Source: Candidatus Woesearchaeota archaeon (GTDB lineage Archaea > Nanobdellota > Nanobdellia > Woesearchaeales > GCA-2686295). Taken from it: 56,688 bases of DNA. Below the pieces are notes generated by a model that saw only the letters and a list, made by a program, of their open reading frames with translations, searched no databases and had not been told where the DNA came from. A program made the translations under genes and the position numbers. Where the stretch lies: the NCBI GenBank assembly GCA_002686295.1, contig NZBB01000006.1, positions 2,084-58,771 of the forward strand, read 5' to 3'. Of this stretch, positions 44,978-54,367 are shown in pieces. Positions within the stretch are counted from its first letter, which is position 1; each line of letters opens with the position of its first letter.

Positions 44978-47900
44978 ATGTTTGAAAAAAGAGGTCAATT
45001 CACTGTTTTCATAATACTTGGTTTTGTTTTAATTGCCACTTTTACATTCTTATTCTTTGCAAGAGATGCGATTGTTCAGCAAAAACTTCAATTGCAGGCT
45101 GAGAAGATTGTTCAGGAAGCAGTTAAGACTTCTTCCATTAATTTCTATGTTAAAAGTTGCTTGGATAGGGTTGTTGATGACGGCATTTACCTTCTTTCTT
45201 TGCAGGGTGGCAGAATTTATGAAAGTCAGGGAGGAAGTTCACAGAACCCGGATGAACCAGGAGTTGACCACTTGGCTTTTAATTTAAGCGATTCTTATTT
45301 CAACACTAGTTTTTACAATTATACAAATATTTCTTACGGCATCAAACCTAATAATAATTGGAGTTGCATCTATATTGGACCTCCAAGTTTTCCTTTTATT
45401 AATACTTCTCTAGACTTGGTAAAGACTGTTTATCAAAAAAGCATAACCGATAATAATTGTGATTTTACATCTGGCGCTTTTGGAATTGCTGAACTTCCGA
45501 AACTATGCGATCCAGAAGGCCCAAATAGGATTAACGCTAGTGAAACTGAAGGTTTTTACTTTCACGGAGTCTGTAACTTTGGATATGGAGATAACAGTGT
45601 TCAAAAACAATTGAACACTTATATTTCTAAAGCAATGACTGAATGTGTTAATTTCACAATATTTGAAAACCTTGGATATGATATAACAGTTGAAAACAAT
45701 CCTTCTGGTTCAACAATATTCTCAGATAAAAGTTTTGTCGTAAACATTAGCTATCCATTAATAGTGCAACTTGGAAAAAACAAAGTTAAAACGATGGCTA
45801 ACTTTCAGACAATAAAGAATATCCGTTTCAAAAAATTCTATGAATACATACAATCATTGTTAGAGCAAGAGTACAAAAACATTTTTTTCGATATAGAGAG
45901 AGACTATAAAAATCCCCTTTTAGGATGGGATTCTAAAATAAAACTTGTGAGAATTATGAATCCTTGCTATGAATGTGAAAGAGGTTATTTCGATGATGTA
46001 TTTCAGATAATTGACAATGAATCAATTATAAGAGGACATCCTTTAATATTTCAGTTCGCATTAAAAAATCGTGGGCCTGCACTTGACTGGATAGATTCTG
46101 GTATGAGATACAACGTTGTTGTGAGAGAAGGGCAGGAAATTTTCTTAAATCCAAAGGGAATAGATCCTGACGAAGATAATATATTGTATAATTACTCGGG
46201 CTGGATGGAAGAATATAACAGCACATTTAATGAATCAGCTTGTTCTTATGATCTTGCTAACTGCTGGGCAGACCCTTCAATGTTTGTAATAAACCAACAA
46301 TATCGAGTAAAGAACTGGACTGGATCAGAATTATTCAAAGAAACGAACAGGAATGCCAGCTATAGAGTAAAAAGAAGTGATCTGGGACTGCATTATACAG
46401 TCATAACTGTTGAAGATGAAGAGGGAAAAATTGATTATCAGAACATTTCAATAATGGTTGAAGACATCCCTGTAGTTATACCTTCCGGAAGCAATATTTA
46501 TGACGACATAGGCGATAAAAACGCTTCAATAGAAGATCCATATGTTTTAAGCTCTTTAGACCTATCATTTTTCACAAACGTTGAAGAATTTGAATGGAAA
46601 GACTTAAACGAATCATTTACCATAATAACTGATTTGTCAGAAATAACAATACCATTCCTTGAACCTAATACTTTCACAATTGAAACAATAAAAGAAGAAG
46701 CATTCACATCAATAAACACACACGACATCTCGTTAAGAGGAAAATATGATTTGAATGAATGGACTCCTGCATCAATTTGGCAGGTTGAAGTACATGAATG
46801 TTTGCCACATAGAAATGATAACGATTCTTTTGCTTATCCATATCATACAATTCAAAATCCTTTCTTAGCAAACCATACTTGTTGCAGTGATGAAACAAAT
46901 AGTTGGGGAACAATAACAACAAACAATACTTGTTATGACATAGTAGAATATGGTTCAAATCTAAGCTTTTCAAACATAGATACCTATTTTGGAAATCCTT
47001 CAATAGAACCATCTCAGGAAATAATTACTGAAGAAGGATTTGATGAAAATGACATTGTAAAAAGAGAGATAAAAAGAATTTGTGATGGTACAAGAGGAAA
47101 TATTTGTCAAGGAGATATGTTTGATGAAAGAATTAACAAGCAAGATTGTGGTGATTACACTAGCGATTCAGATGATGAAAGATGTAGTGGACCACAAAAT
47201 ATTGAGGTTACATATTCAGAACAAACGTGTTATTCTTATACTTTAGGAAATAGTTTTGAAACTACATTCTCATTACTTGATAAAAACGGAAATGATGCAA
47301 ACGGAATCTGTAATGAAGGATTAAAATGTGCGACAGATAAAGGTTTAAATGGAGGCATATTTGTTAATGCGGATTCTGACTTTGGAAAACACTATAAATG
47401 CAAAGCAAAATGTGATGGAGGAGGTTGTTCTTATCCTATTGATTGTGTTTGTGGAGGCATCGAGTGCGGTAATATAGCATATAATTTTTTTTGTAATGAT
47501 CAAGAACCAGGATTTTCTTGGAGTATAACAAACGGAAACGGAAATGAAGCCAAAAAAGAGCGAGGTTGTACTGATTCTTGTGAATTTGAAATTTGCACTC
47601 CCTACATATTTGAAAATTTTGTGTGTTTAGAAACTGCAAGTAATGATGATGATTGTGATGACGGTTTTTCTCACGACCCTGATGGAAATAAATGCATAAG
47701 TTGTAATCAAAACAATATAGAAACAGGTGGCGATGAAGCTAACAATAAATGCGAATCTGACGCGACAAACTGTGATGCAAATGAATCTTGCGATGAAATA
47801 GAACCTGCAAAACCAATTACTTGCGAAAACAACAAAAGAAAAACTTACTGTACAAGTAATTGTCAATATGAAACAATTGCACCTACAATTTGTGATAGTG

Positions 47901-48010
47901 ATTGTAACGGATATTATGGAGATCAATCTTGTGATGGAAAAATGACGGGGGATTCATGTGGTGGACCTAAAGAATGTACTGATGATTGTGAATGCCAAAT
48001 CATAATGTAG
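44978..48010 (+). CDS. giant exported protein 1 (1010 aa) with prepilin-like (class III) signal and Cys-rich C-terminal third
   Basis: N-terminus MFEKRG|QFTVFIILGFVLIATFTFLFFA. Long unbroken ORF. Dense cysteines after about aa 600 (CDGTRGNICQG, CDGGGCSYPIDCVCGGIEC, CDDGFSHDPDGNKCISC). Confidence 0.8.
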   Translation: MFEKRGQFTVFIILGFVLIATFTFLFFARDAIVQQKLQLQAEKIVQEAVKTSSINFYVKSCLDRVVDDGIYLLSLQGGRIYESQGGSSQNPDEPGVDHLAFNLSDSYFNTSFYNYTNISYGIKPNNNWSCIYIGPPSFPFINTSLDLVKTVYQKSITDNNCDFTSGAFGIAELPKLCDPEGPNRINASETEGFYFHGVCNFGYGDNSVQKQLNTYISKAMTECVNFTIFENLGYDITVENNPSGSTIFSDKSFVVNISYPLIVQLGKNKVKTMANFQTIKNIRFKKFYEYIQSLLEQEYKNIFFDIERDYKNPLLGWDSKIKLVRIMNPCYECERGYFDDVFQIIDNESIIRGHPLIFQFALKNRGPALDWIDSGMRYNVVVREGQEIFLNPKGIDPDEDNILYNYSGWMEEYNSTFNESACSYDLANCWADPSMFVINQQYRVKNWTGSELFKETNRNASYRVKRSDLGLHYTVITVEDEEGKIDYQNISIMVEDIPVVIPSGSNIYDDIGDKNASIEDPYVLSSLDLSFFTNVEEFEWKDLNESFTIITDLSEITIPFLEPNTFTIETIKEEAFTSINTHDISLRGKYDLNEWTPASIWQVEVHECLPHRNDNDSFAYPYHTIQNPFLANHTCCSDETNSWGTITTNNTCYDIVEYGSNLSFSNIDTYFGNPSIEPSQEIITEEGFDENDIVKREIKRICDGTRGNICQGDMFDERINKQDCGDYTSDSDDERCSGPQNIEVTYSEQTCYSYTLGNSFETTFSLLDKNGNDANGICNEGLKCATDKGLNGGIFVNADSDFGKHYKCKAKCDGGGCSYPIDCVCGGIECGNIAYNFFCNDQEPGFSWSITNGNGNEAKKERGCTDSCEFEICTPYIFENFVCLETASNDDDCDDGFSHDPDGNKCISCNQNNIETGGDEANNKCESDATNCDANESCDEIEPAKPITCENNKRKTYCTSNCQYETIAPTICDSDCNGYYGDQSCDGKMTGDSCGGPKECTDDCECQIIM

Positions 48011-48068
48011 TTTGAATTCTATCAAAAACTATATATAGTAGTAGTATAATTATTTCTATCGGAAAAAG

Positions 48069-51000
48069 ATGGTGGTTTCGTACTTGAAGAGGTTTGTAGT
48101 ATTTTCTCAGTTATTATTCTTAATGATTATCGCAGTTAATTTTGCTCAGGCAAACTGCTGTTGTTTAAACGAAGAACCATATTATTCTTATGGTCAATAT
48201 GTTGATCAAGCTGCTTGTAGTTCTTTAAACGGAAGCTTTTATACTGTCGGTGATGCTCAAGAATGCATAACTACTTGTGCACCTCCTTGTCCATCGCTTT
48301 CTTGCGAATCAGCAATAACTTCTCAAAATATATCCTGTAGTTGTGGTCAGGAAATAGTTTCCGAGTTAGGATCTTTTTGCTGTGCTGCTTCTCAAACAAT
48401 TTATGTAGATCAAGATTCTTGTTTGCTGGATAGTGCATGTGCACCTTTAGACAACACTTATTCCATAACAGGTTATATTTTCGATTTGTTTGGACAACCA
48501 ATTTCGAGTGCAGTTATTAGTTCTGCAGATTATACTGGTTCATCTAACGAAGAAGGTTATTATTCTATCCAGAATGTTCCTGAAGCAAATGAGATTACTA
48601 TATCTGCTCAGGCCGCTGAATGCTCCGGTGTTAGCCAAATTGTTTCTTTCACAGAAGATGCAGTTGTTGATTTCTATCTTGAATGTCAGATAACCACAGA
48701 AGAATGTGGAACAGGGATGAGCTGTTGTGCTGCAGATGAAGAATGTGCAGATCCTACTGGAGAATATGTCGGACAGAGAGATTGTGCAACAGGATATTCC
48801 TGCTATGATTATTGTTCTTCATGCACATCTATATCTTCTACTCAAGAAGGATGTGATTTTGGAGAGTGCTCTACAACAGATAATGCTTACTGTGATGTAA
48901 ATGAAGATTGGGTGTATTATGATATTTATAGTGATGAAAATGTTTTTGATGACTATTGTTCTTTATGTGGAGAACTAGATGCTGACTGTCTAAACAGACC
49001 TTGCCAATCTGATAATGCATGTAATGGTGTTTGTCCTATTAACTGCGGTCCTGGTGATGATCCTGATTGTGGATTAAGTTGCGATACAGAATCTAATAGT
49101 TGGTGTGATTCTTATGGTGTTGAAGATTGGACTACTGATGATTATTGTTCTCATTGCTATTTTGCAGATCCAGAAGAATGTCCTTCAAATTGTGGTAATA
49201 CTATTTTAGAATCTGGTGAACAATGCGATGATGGCAACCAACAACCAAACGATGGATGTGATGAAAACTGTCAAATAGAAGATACAGAAACTGGTTGTAA
49301 TCCAAATGGACAAGTTGAACTTCCTGCTGAAGAATGCGATCCAGAATTAGATTGGATTATTAACTGTCCAAGTCCTGCTTATACTGGCTGTAATAATCAA
49401 TGTCAATGTATTCCTGCGTGTAGTTTTGAAAAGCAAGGTCCAAATAGTCTTGGTTTAGGTCATGTTCCTCAATCATCATCAATTACTGTTAATTGGGATT
49501 ATCCAAATATTTGCTTTGATTTATTTGAAGAAGTTAAAGTTATGCGATGCGAAGGTGCTAATTGTAATAACTTTTATTCATTAAATACCATTACTGATGT
49601 CTACACAACGCAATTCACAGATGAATCTATAATAGCAGAAACAACTTACAAATATTATGTTTCTTTAAAGTACAGCGATGGATATGAATGGTATAATTCT
49701 GAAATTGTTGAAATAACAACCGGGCATGAAGATTGTTTAAATCAACATCAAGAGTCATTTTGTAGAGTTGGCTTTACTGACAAATTCGAATGTGATAATG
49801 ACAATCAGCTTTTAACAACTACTTGTGTTGGTTATTGTTTCACTCCTAGTTCAGGAGATGCTTATTGTCTTGGTTCGGGTCCTTGTGATGACTGCAATAG
49901 TATTTATGGAATGTTTGCTGATTTTGCTCTTCAATCTCAAAATAATGATTTCAAGGTCGAATATACTGATATAAGTGGATCAATAAATGACCGAACTTGT
50001 TATGATATAACCTATAATTTTTATGCTTGTTATTTGAAAAAAACTGATAAGAGCGTTGAAAATCTTGAAAGCTGTGTGGGTGCTGATTCTTGCTATAATT
50101 ATCTCTCATCAGAGTCCTGTGACGAAGCAAGTAATCCTTGTGGTAAGTTCATTGATGGACAAGGAGAATTTCAATGCAGTTGGGAATCTTATCCTGACAT
50201 TGTTGAAAACGAGATTGACTTAGGCATATGCCATCCAAATAATCCTGTTTTACAGAACTGCGGTTTATGCAATGAGGATAATTCTGTTTTTGCAGGGGTT
50301 TGCAATTATGATGTGTGTAATTTGTTTGGAGATTGTTACTTTGATGAAGGACAGAAAGGTTGTGCAGGCATCAATGATATCTTTTGTAGTGATTATAATA
50401 ATGAAGCTGATTGTACAGGAGGTAATAACTTTGAACTTGATGCTTTAAATAATGTTATAACAATTAGCGATGATTATTTTGGCTATGGAAAATGCAAATG
50501 GGATGAAAATAGCGAACAATGTTATAGAGATGCAAATGATGATTCTCCTACTGAACCAACAACAGAAAATCCTGAAAGATTCGATTGTTTGGATGACCCA
50601 ATTTGCAAAAAAGATTTCGACTCGCCAACAACTTATGTTAATGGCGAAGAAGGAAGTATTTTCGGCAAGGAATTTAATTTATCTTTTGCAGTTATAGACG
50701 AGATTTATTCACTTTCTAACTTAACAGCTTATTACTGTATAAGCACTCTTGAAAACTGCAATAACGCAACCACTTACATGGAGATTGATTTAAGCAATGA
50801 AAACATAGAAAAAGCGTTCATACGCACATTTCCAGACTCGGAAAATAATAACGAAACATTTACATTAAATTATTACTCTCAAGACTTTGCTAAAAACTTA
50901 GAACTTGTAAAAACTTTTGATTTTTTTATTGACGGCAAAGATCCTTTACTGACTTTTTCTTATGAATATAATTCTTATGAAACGGCTGTTGGATGGTTTA

Positions 51001-54000
51001 ACGATGTCGTAACAATTCTTTCGGCTGATGAACAGGTTATCTGCGATTTAACATTGAAAAACTCTGCTGGAGAAGAACAAGGAGAGAATATTGAAAATAT
51101 TACAGGTACTGATTTTCAAATAGCTTATAATCAATTAGTTGATGGAACTTACTGGTTTAATATTGACTGCGAAGATATGCGTGGAAACAAAGCAGATTTA
51201 ACACAGGAACAAATAACTGTTGAAGGTGATAAAAGCATAACTAATCCAAGTCCGGAATATGAAAAATTCGATGTTTTATCAATAGACATATCTGTTGAAA
51301 CAATTAATGAAGGCGACTGCAGATATAGTACTCAAACATATCAATATGAAAATATGCATGAAATATTTGATGCTGAAAACCATGTTTTCAGCGGTTCATT
51401 TGACTCTGAAGATAATCTTTATCACACTAAAACTCTTGAATTATATGGCTCTGGCGTTTACAAATTATATACTGCATGCAACATCTCTTATGAAAAAACT
51501 GAAGGCACAGTCTGGGAAGTGACAGAAGGAAATGATGGAGACTGGATTGTTTTCTCAATTGACAAACTTAAGCCTGTAACAGCTCTTTACAACAAAGAAA
51601 CAAACGATGAGTTTGATGAAAGCAGATATTATAGATCTCTTGAATTGGAATTTGTCTGTAAAGAACCTAACTGGTATAGTGATGATAACGGCAATACTTG
51701 GGGTATGACTTTAGGCGAATCATGGGATGGCTCTTTTGGCTGTGAAGAATTGATTTTATGCGAAGGTCAGGGATGCAATCCTACATCTGTAAGCGATACA
51801 AATGAATTAAAAATTTTGCCTGAAGCAGGAATAACTGAGAAAGATTACATATTCTACTTTTACTCAAAAGATATTGAAAACACAGAGGATTTAAGAACCG
51901 CAACTATACATATAGACAGTGTTGATTCAAATATAAGCTTGATAACTATGAAAGAAAACAATGTTGTTGAAACATTAAGTTATGGAGATTATGACTTAAT
52001 AGCAGAATCAACTAAGAGCATACAAAATGTTGTGAGATTCTCTTATAAAATATTATATGATGATAATTCACAGTCATCAACTTTTTCATTATTGCCTACA
52101 ACTATAAATAACGAATATAGTTTCCAAAGTTCAATAAGTGTTAATACAAATTTATTTTACAATAAAATTGGTGAAATACAAGTAGTCATTGAAGTAGAAG
52201 ATAATCACGGATTAAGAACAACTGAAACCTTTAATCTTCCTTTCAACACTCAAGGTCCACCACCACCAATACCGGAGCCAATGTTTAATGTTGAAAAACT
52301 AATAGCTTTAACCGGCACAGGCTTAAGTTTCAAAGATTCAAACAACAATTTTTACCCATTCATATATTATGATTCTGTAACGCTTGCAGATGATAGTTAT
52401 TATCAGGAATTAACAGTTGTTAGAGATGAAAATTTCTTTGTAACAGGATACACTTCAGATATTCAAGGAGATGTACTTATTTATAGAATCAAAGGAACCG
52501 GAACAGCATACACACCAACTTATTCATACGAGCAAACAATGATTCCTGGTGCCGTTCAAGAACTTGAAACAAAGCCTTTAAAATTCGATGCGTACAAAAA
52601 CAGCGATGAAATAATAATAGACACAACTCAAGAATTAGTTAACTGGGGTGCTGGTTACATAAACTTTGAACCTTTATCAAGCGACAAAGGATTAATACAA
52701 TACATGAATTACGGAAAGTTCTACACAATAACAAGCTCTGAATTCTTAGGAGCCGCAACAGGCCATAAAATAACCTTTTCTCCATCATTAGAAAAAGATC
52801 TTTCACAAGAAAACAATGTTTATTTATATGACAAAGACAGAAGCCAGAAATGGTTTGGTCAAGACATCAATTTAGAATATTCTCCATCAGATAATAACCT
52901 GTATAATTTAGTGTTTGGATTAGACGACTCATTAAACATAGGTATGTCTCCTTACTATTCATTATACATAGATAACAGCCCTTTAAGAGCAACCAACGTT
53001 TTCCCGATTGGCGGAACAATAACAAATAAATTTTATCCTTTAATAATTGAATTCGAAGAAGATCCTGCAGGCAGTGGATTAAAAGAGGATTCAATAAAAT
53101 TCATTATCGACGAAAATGGCGAATCAACAACGAAAACCATTGAGACAGGAATAACCTTAACTGAACTTGGAATCGTGGATGGATACAGAAAATACAATGC
53201 AGAATATCTTCCAGTAAATGGCTGGGATGATGCTAATTACAATATCACAATACAGATAGAAGACCAAGCAGGCAACGAGCTTGATACAATAGGGTTCTTT
53301 GATGAACAAATATTGTTTGTGTTTGATAGCAATGCTCCAAGCAACCCATTATTCAATGTTATAAGTGCAACAGACGACAACATCGATAATCACGGAAGAA
53401 TAGTTGTTGATAACAGCAACCCCAGCTTTGAACTGGATTTCACAATGAATGCAAACGGCTCTGTTGAATCTTTAGACATAACTCCCGCAGTTCTAGGAGC
53501 TACTTGTTCGTTACAAACAAAGAATTTCTTTACTTGTAATTTTAACAATGCTTTATCAGAACAAATGCATGAGTTAAGCGTTTCTGCAAACAAGATACTT
53601 CCTAATGGTAGCCTTGGACCTGAAGGTATTTACATGCAGGATTCAGATGGAAAACCATTAACGATAATAGTTGACCATACAGCCCCTTCATTCACATTAC
53701 AGCCAGAAAAAGAATACTTGGCACCTAACGAATCAATAACTGTTTATGCGGATGTTAACAACGAAGAATACGATTTATGGGCGACAATTAGCACAGATGA
53801 ATGGCAAACAAATGTTAATGTTGAAGAAGTTGATGATTCAAGGTTCTTTATAATTCCAGAAACATTTTACTGGGGAGAAGATGGAGAAAAAATAGTTGAA
53901 GTAAGATTAAAAGACTTTGCAGGCCATGAAACAGCCGAAACAACAACTATAACTATTGACAGCACTCCGCCAGCTGTTATTATTCAAGCGATTGAAGCAG

Positions 54001-54347
54001 ATTACGGATTCTTGATACCAAACACTGACAACGCAACTGTTGGGACTCGAGAAATAACTATTATAGGCACAGTTGATGATGACTCATATTCATTGTGCTA
54101 TACACAAGAAAGTGGCGGTTCTGATTGCATATTTGAATGCTCTGGAGAGCAAGAAGACTGCATAAGTAGAGTAGAGGGTAGGGATGAATTCAGATTAACA
54201 CTAATAATTCAAGGCGAAAACTCCATGGAAACCCTTAACAATGTATTCATGACTGTCACTGATTACTCAGGTCATGAAACAACCAGCTCTTTATTCGTCC
54301 TTCTTGATTTAGTGCCACCCGGAGAACCAACAATAATCATTGAATAA
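48069..54347 (+). CDS. giant exported protein 2 (2092 aa): Cys-rich N-terminal region plus array of Ig-like modules
   Basis: Sec signal ending AQA|N. CarboxypepD_reg-like segment (48459-48614). Cysteine-rich repeat of DUF4215/Myxococcus type, CGNTILESGEQCDDGNQQPNDGCDENCQIE (49191-49280). Repeated modules start D-x-x-x-P. Confidence 0.85.
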   Translation: MVVSYLKRFVVFSQLLFLMIIAVNFAQANCCCLNEEPYYSYGQYVDQAACSSLNGSFYTVGDAQECITTCAPPCPSLSCESAITSQNISCSCGQEIVSELGSFCCAASQTIYVDQDSCLLDSACAPLDNTYSITGYIFDLFGQPISSAVISSADYTGSSNEEGYYSIQNVPEANEITISAQAAECSGVSQIVSFTEDAVVDFYLECQITTEECGTGMSCCAADEECADPTGEYVGQRDCATGYSCYDYCSSCTSISSTQEGCDFGECSTTDNAYCDVNEDWVYYDIYSDENVFDDYCSLCGELDADCLNRPCQSDNACNGVCPINCGPGDDPDCGLSCDTESNSWCDSYGVEDWTTDDYCSHCYFADPEECPSNCGNTILESGEQCDDGNQQPNDGCDENCQIEDTETGCNPNGQVELPAEECDPELDWIINCPSPAYTGCNNQCQCIPACSFEKQGPNSLGLGHVPQSSSITVNWDYPNICFDLFEEVKVMRCEGANCNNFYSLNTITDVYTTQFTDESIIAETTYKYYVSLKYSDGYEWYNSEIVEITTGHEDCLNQHQESFCRVGFTDKFECDNDNQLLTTTCVGYCFTPSSGDAYCLGSGPCDDCNSIYGMFADFALQSQNNDFKVEYTDISGSINDRTCYDITYNFYACYLKKTDKSVENLESCVGADSCYNYLSSESCDEASNPCGKFIDGQGEFQCSWESYPDIVENEIDLGICHPNNPVLQNCGLCNEDNSVFAGVCNYDVCNLFGDCYFDEGQKGCAGINDIFCSDYNNEADCTGGNNFELDALNNVITISDDYFGYGKCKWDENSEQCYRDANDDSPTEPTTENPERFDCLDDPICKKDFDSPTTYVNGEEGSIFGKEFNLSFAVIDEIYSLSNLTAYYCISTLENCNNATTYMEIDLSNENIEKAFIRTFPDSENNNETFTLNYYSQDFAKNLELVKTFDFFIDGKDPLLTFSYEYNSYETAVGWFNDVVTILSADEQVICDLTLKNSAGEEQGENIENITGTDFQIAYNQLVDGTYWFNIDCEDMRGNKADLTQEQITVEGDKSITNPSPEYEKFDVLSIDISVETINEGDCRYSTQTYQYENMHEIFDAENHVFSGSFDSEDNLYHTKTLELYGSGVYKLYTACNISYEKTEGTVWEVTEGNDGDWIVFSIDKLKPVTALYNKETNDEFDESRYYRSLELEFVCKEPNWYSDDNGNTWGMTLGESWDGSFGCEELILCEGQGCNPTSVSDTNELKILPEAGITEKDYIFYFYSKDIENTEDLRTATIHIDSVDSNISLITMKENNVVETLSYGDYDLIAESTKSIQNVVRFSYKILYDDNSQSSTFSLLPTTINNEYSFQSSISVNTNLFYNKIGEIQVVIEVEDNHGLRTTETFNLPFNTQGPPPPIPEPMFNVEKLIALTGTGLSFKDSNNNFYPFIYYDSVTLADDSYYQELTVVRDENFFVTGYTSDIQGDVLIYRIKGTGTAYTPTYSYEQTMIPGAVQELETKPLKFDAYKNSDEIIIDTTQELVNWGAGYINFEPLSSDKGLIQYMNYGKFYTITSSEFLGAATGHKITFSPSLEKDLSQENNVYLYDKDRSQKWFGQDINLEYSPSDNNLYNLVFGLDDSLNIGMSPYYSLYIDNSPLRATNVFPIGGTITNKFYPLIIEFEEDPAGSGLKEDSIKFIIDENGESTTKTIETGITLTELGIVDGYRKYNAEYLPVNGWDDANYNITIQIEDQAGNELDTIGFFDEQILFVFDSNAPSNPLFNVISATDDNIDNHGRIVVDNSNPSFELDFTMNANGSVESLDITPAVLGATCSLQTKNFFTCNFNNALSEQMHELSVSANKILPNGSLGPEGIYMQDSDGKPLTIIVDHTAPSFTLQPEKEYLAPNESITVYADVNNEEYDLWATISTDEWQTNVNVEEVDDSRFFIIPETFYWGEDGEKIVEVRLKDFAGHETAETTTITIDSTPPAVIIQAIEADYGFLIPNTDNATVGTREITIIGTVDDDSYSLCYTQESGGSDCIFECSGEQEDCISRVEGRDEFRLTLIIQGENSMETLNNVFMTVTDYSGHETTSSLFVLLDLVPPGEPTIIIE

Positions 54348-54367
54348 AGCTAAGCTCATTTTAAAAA

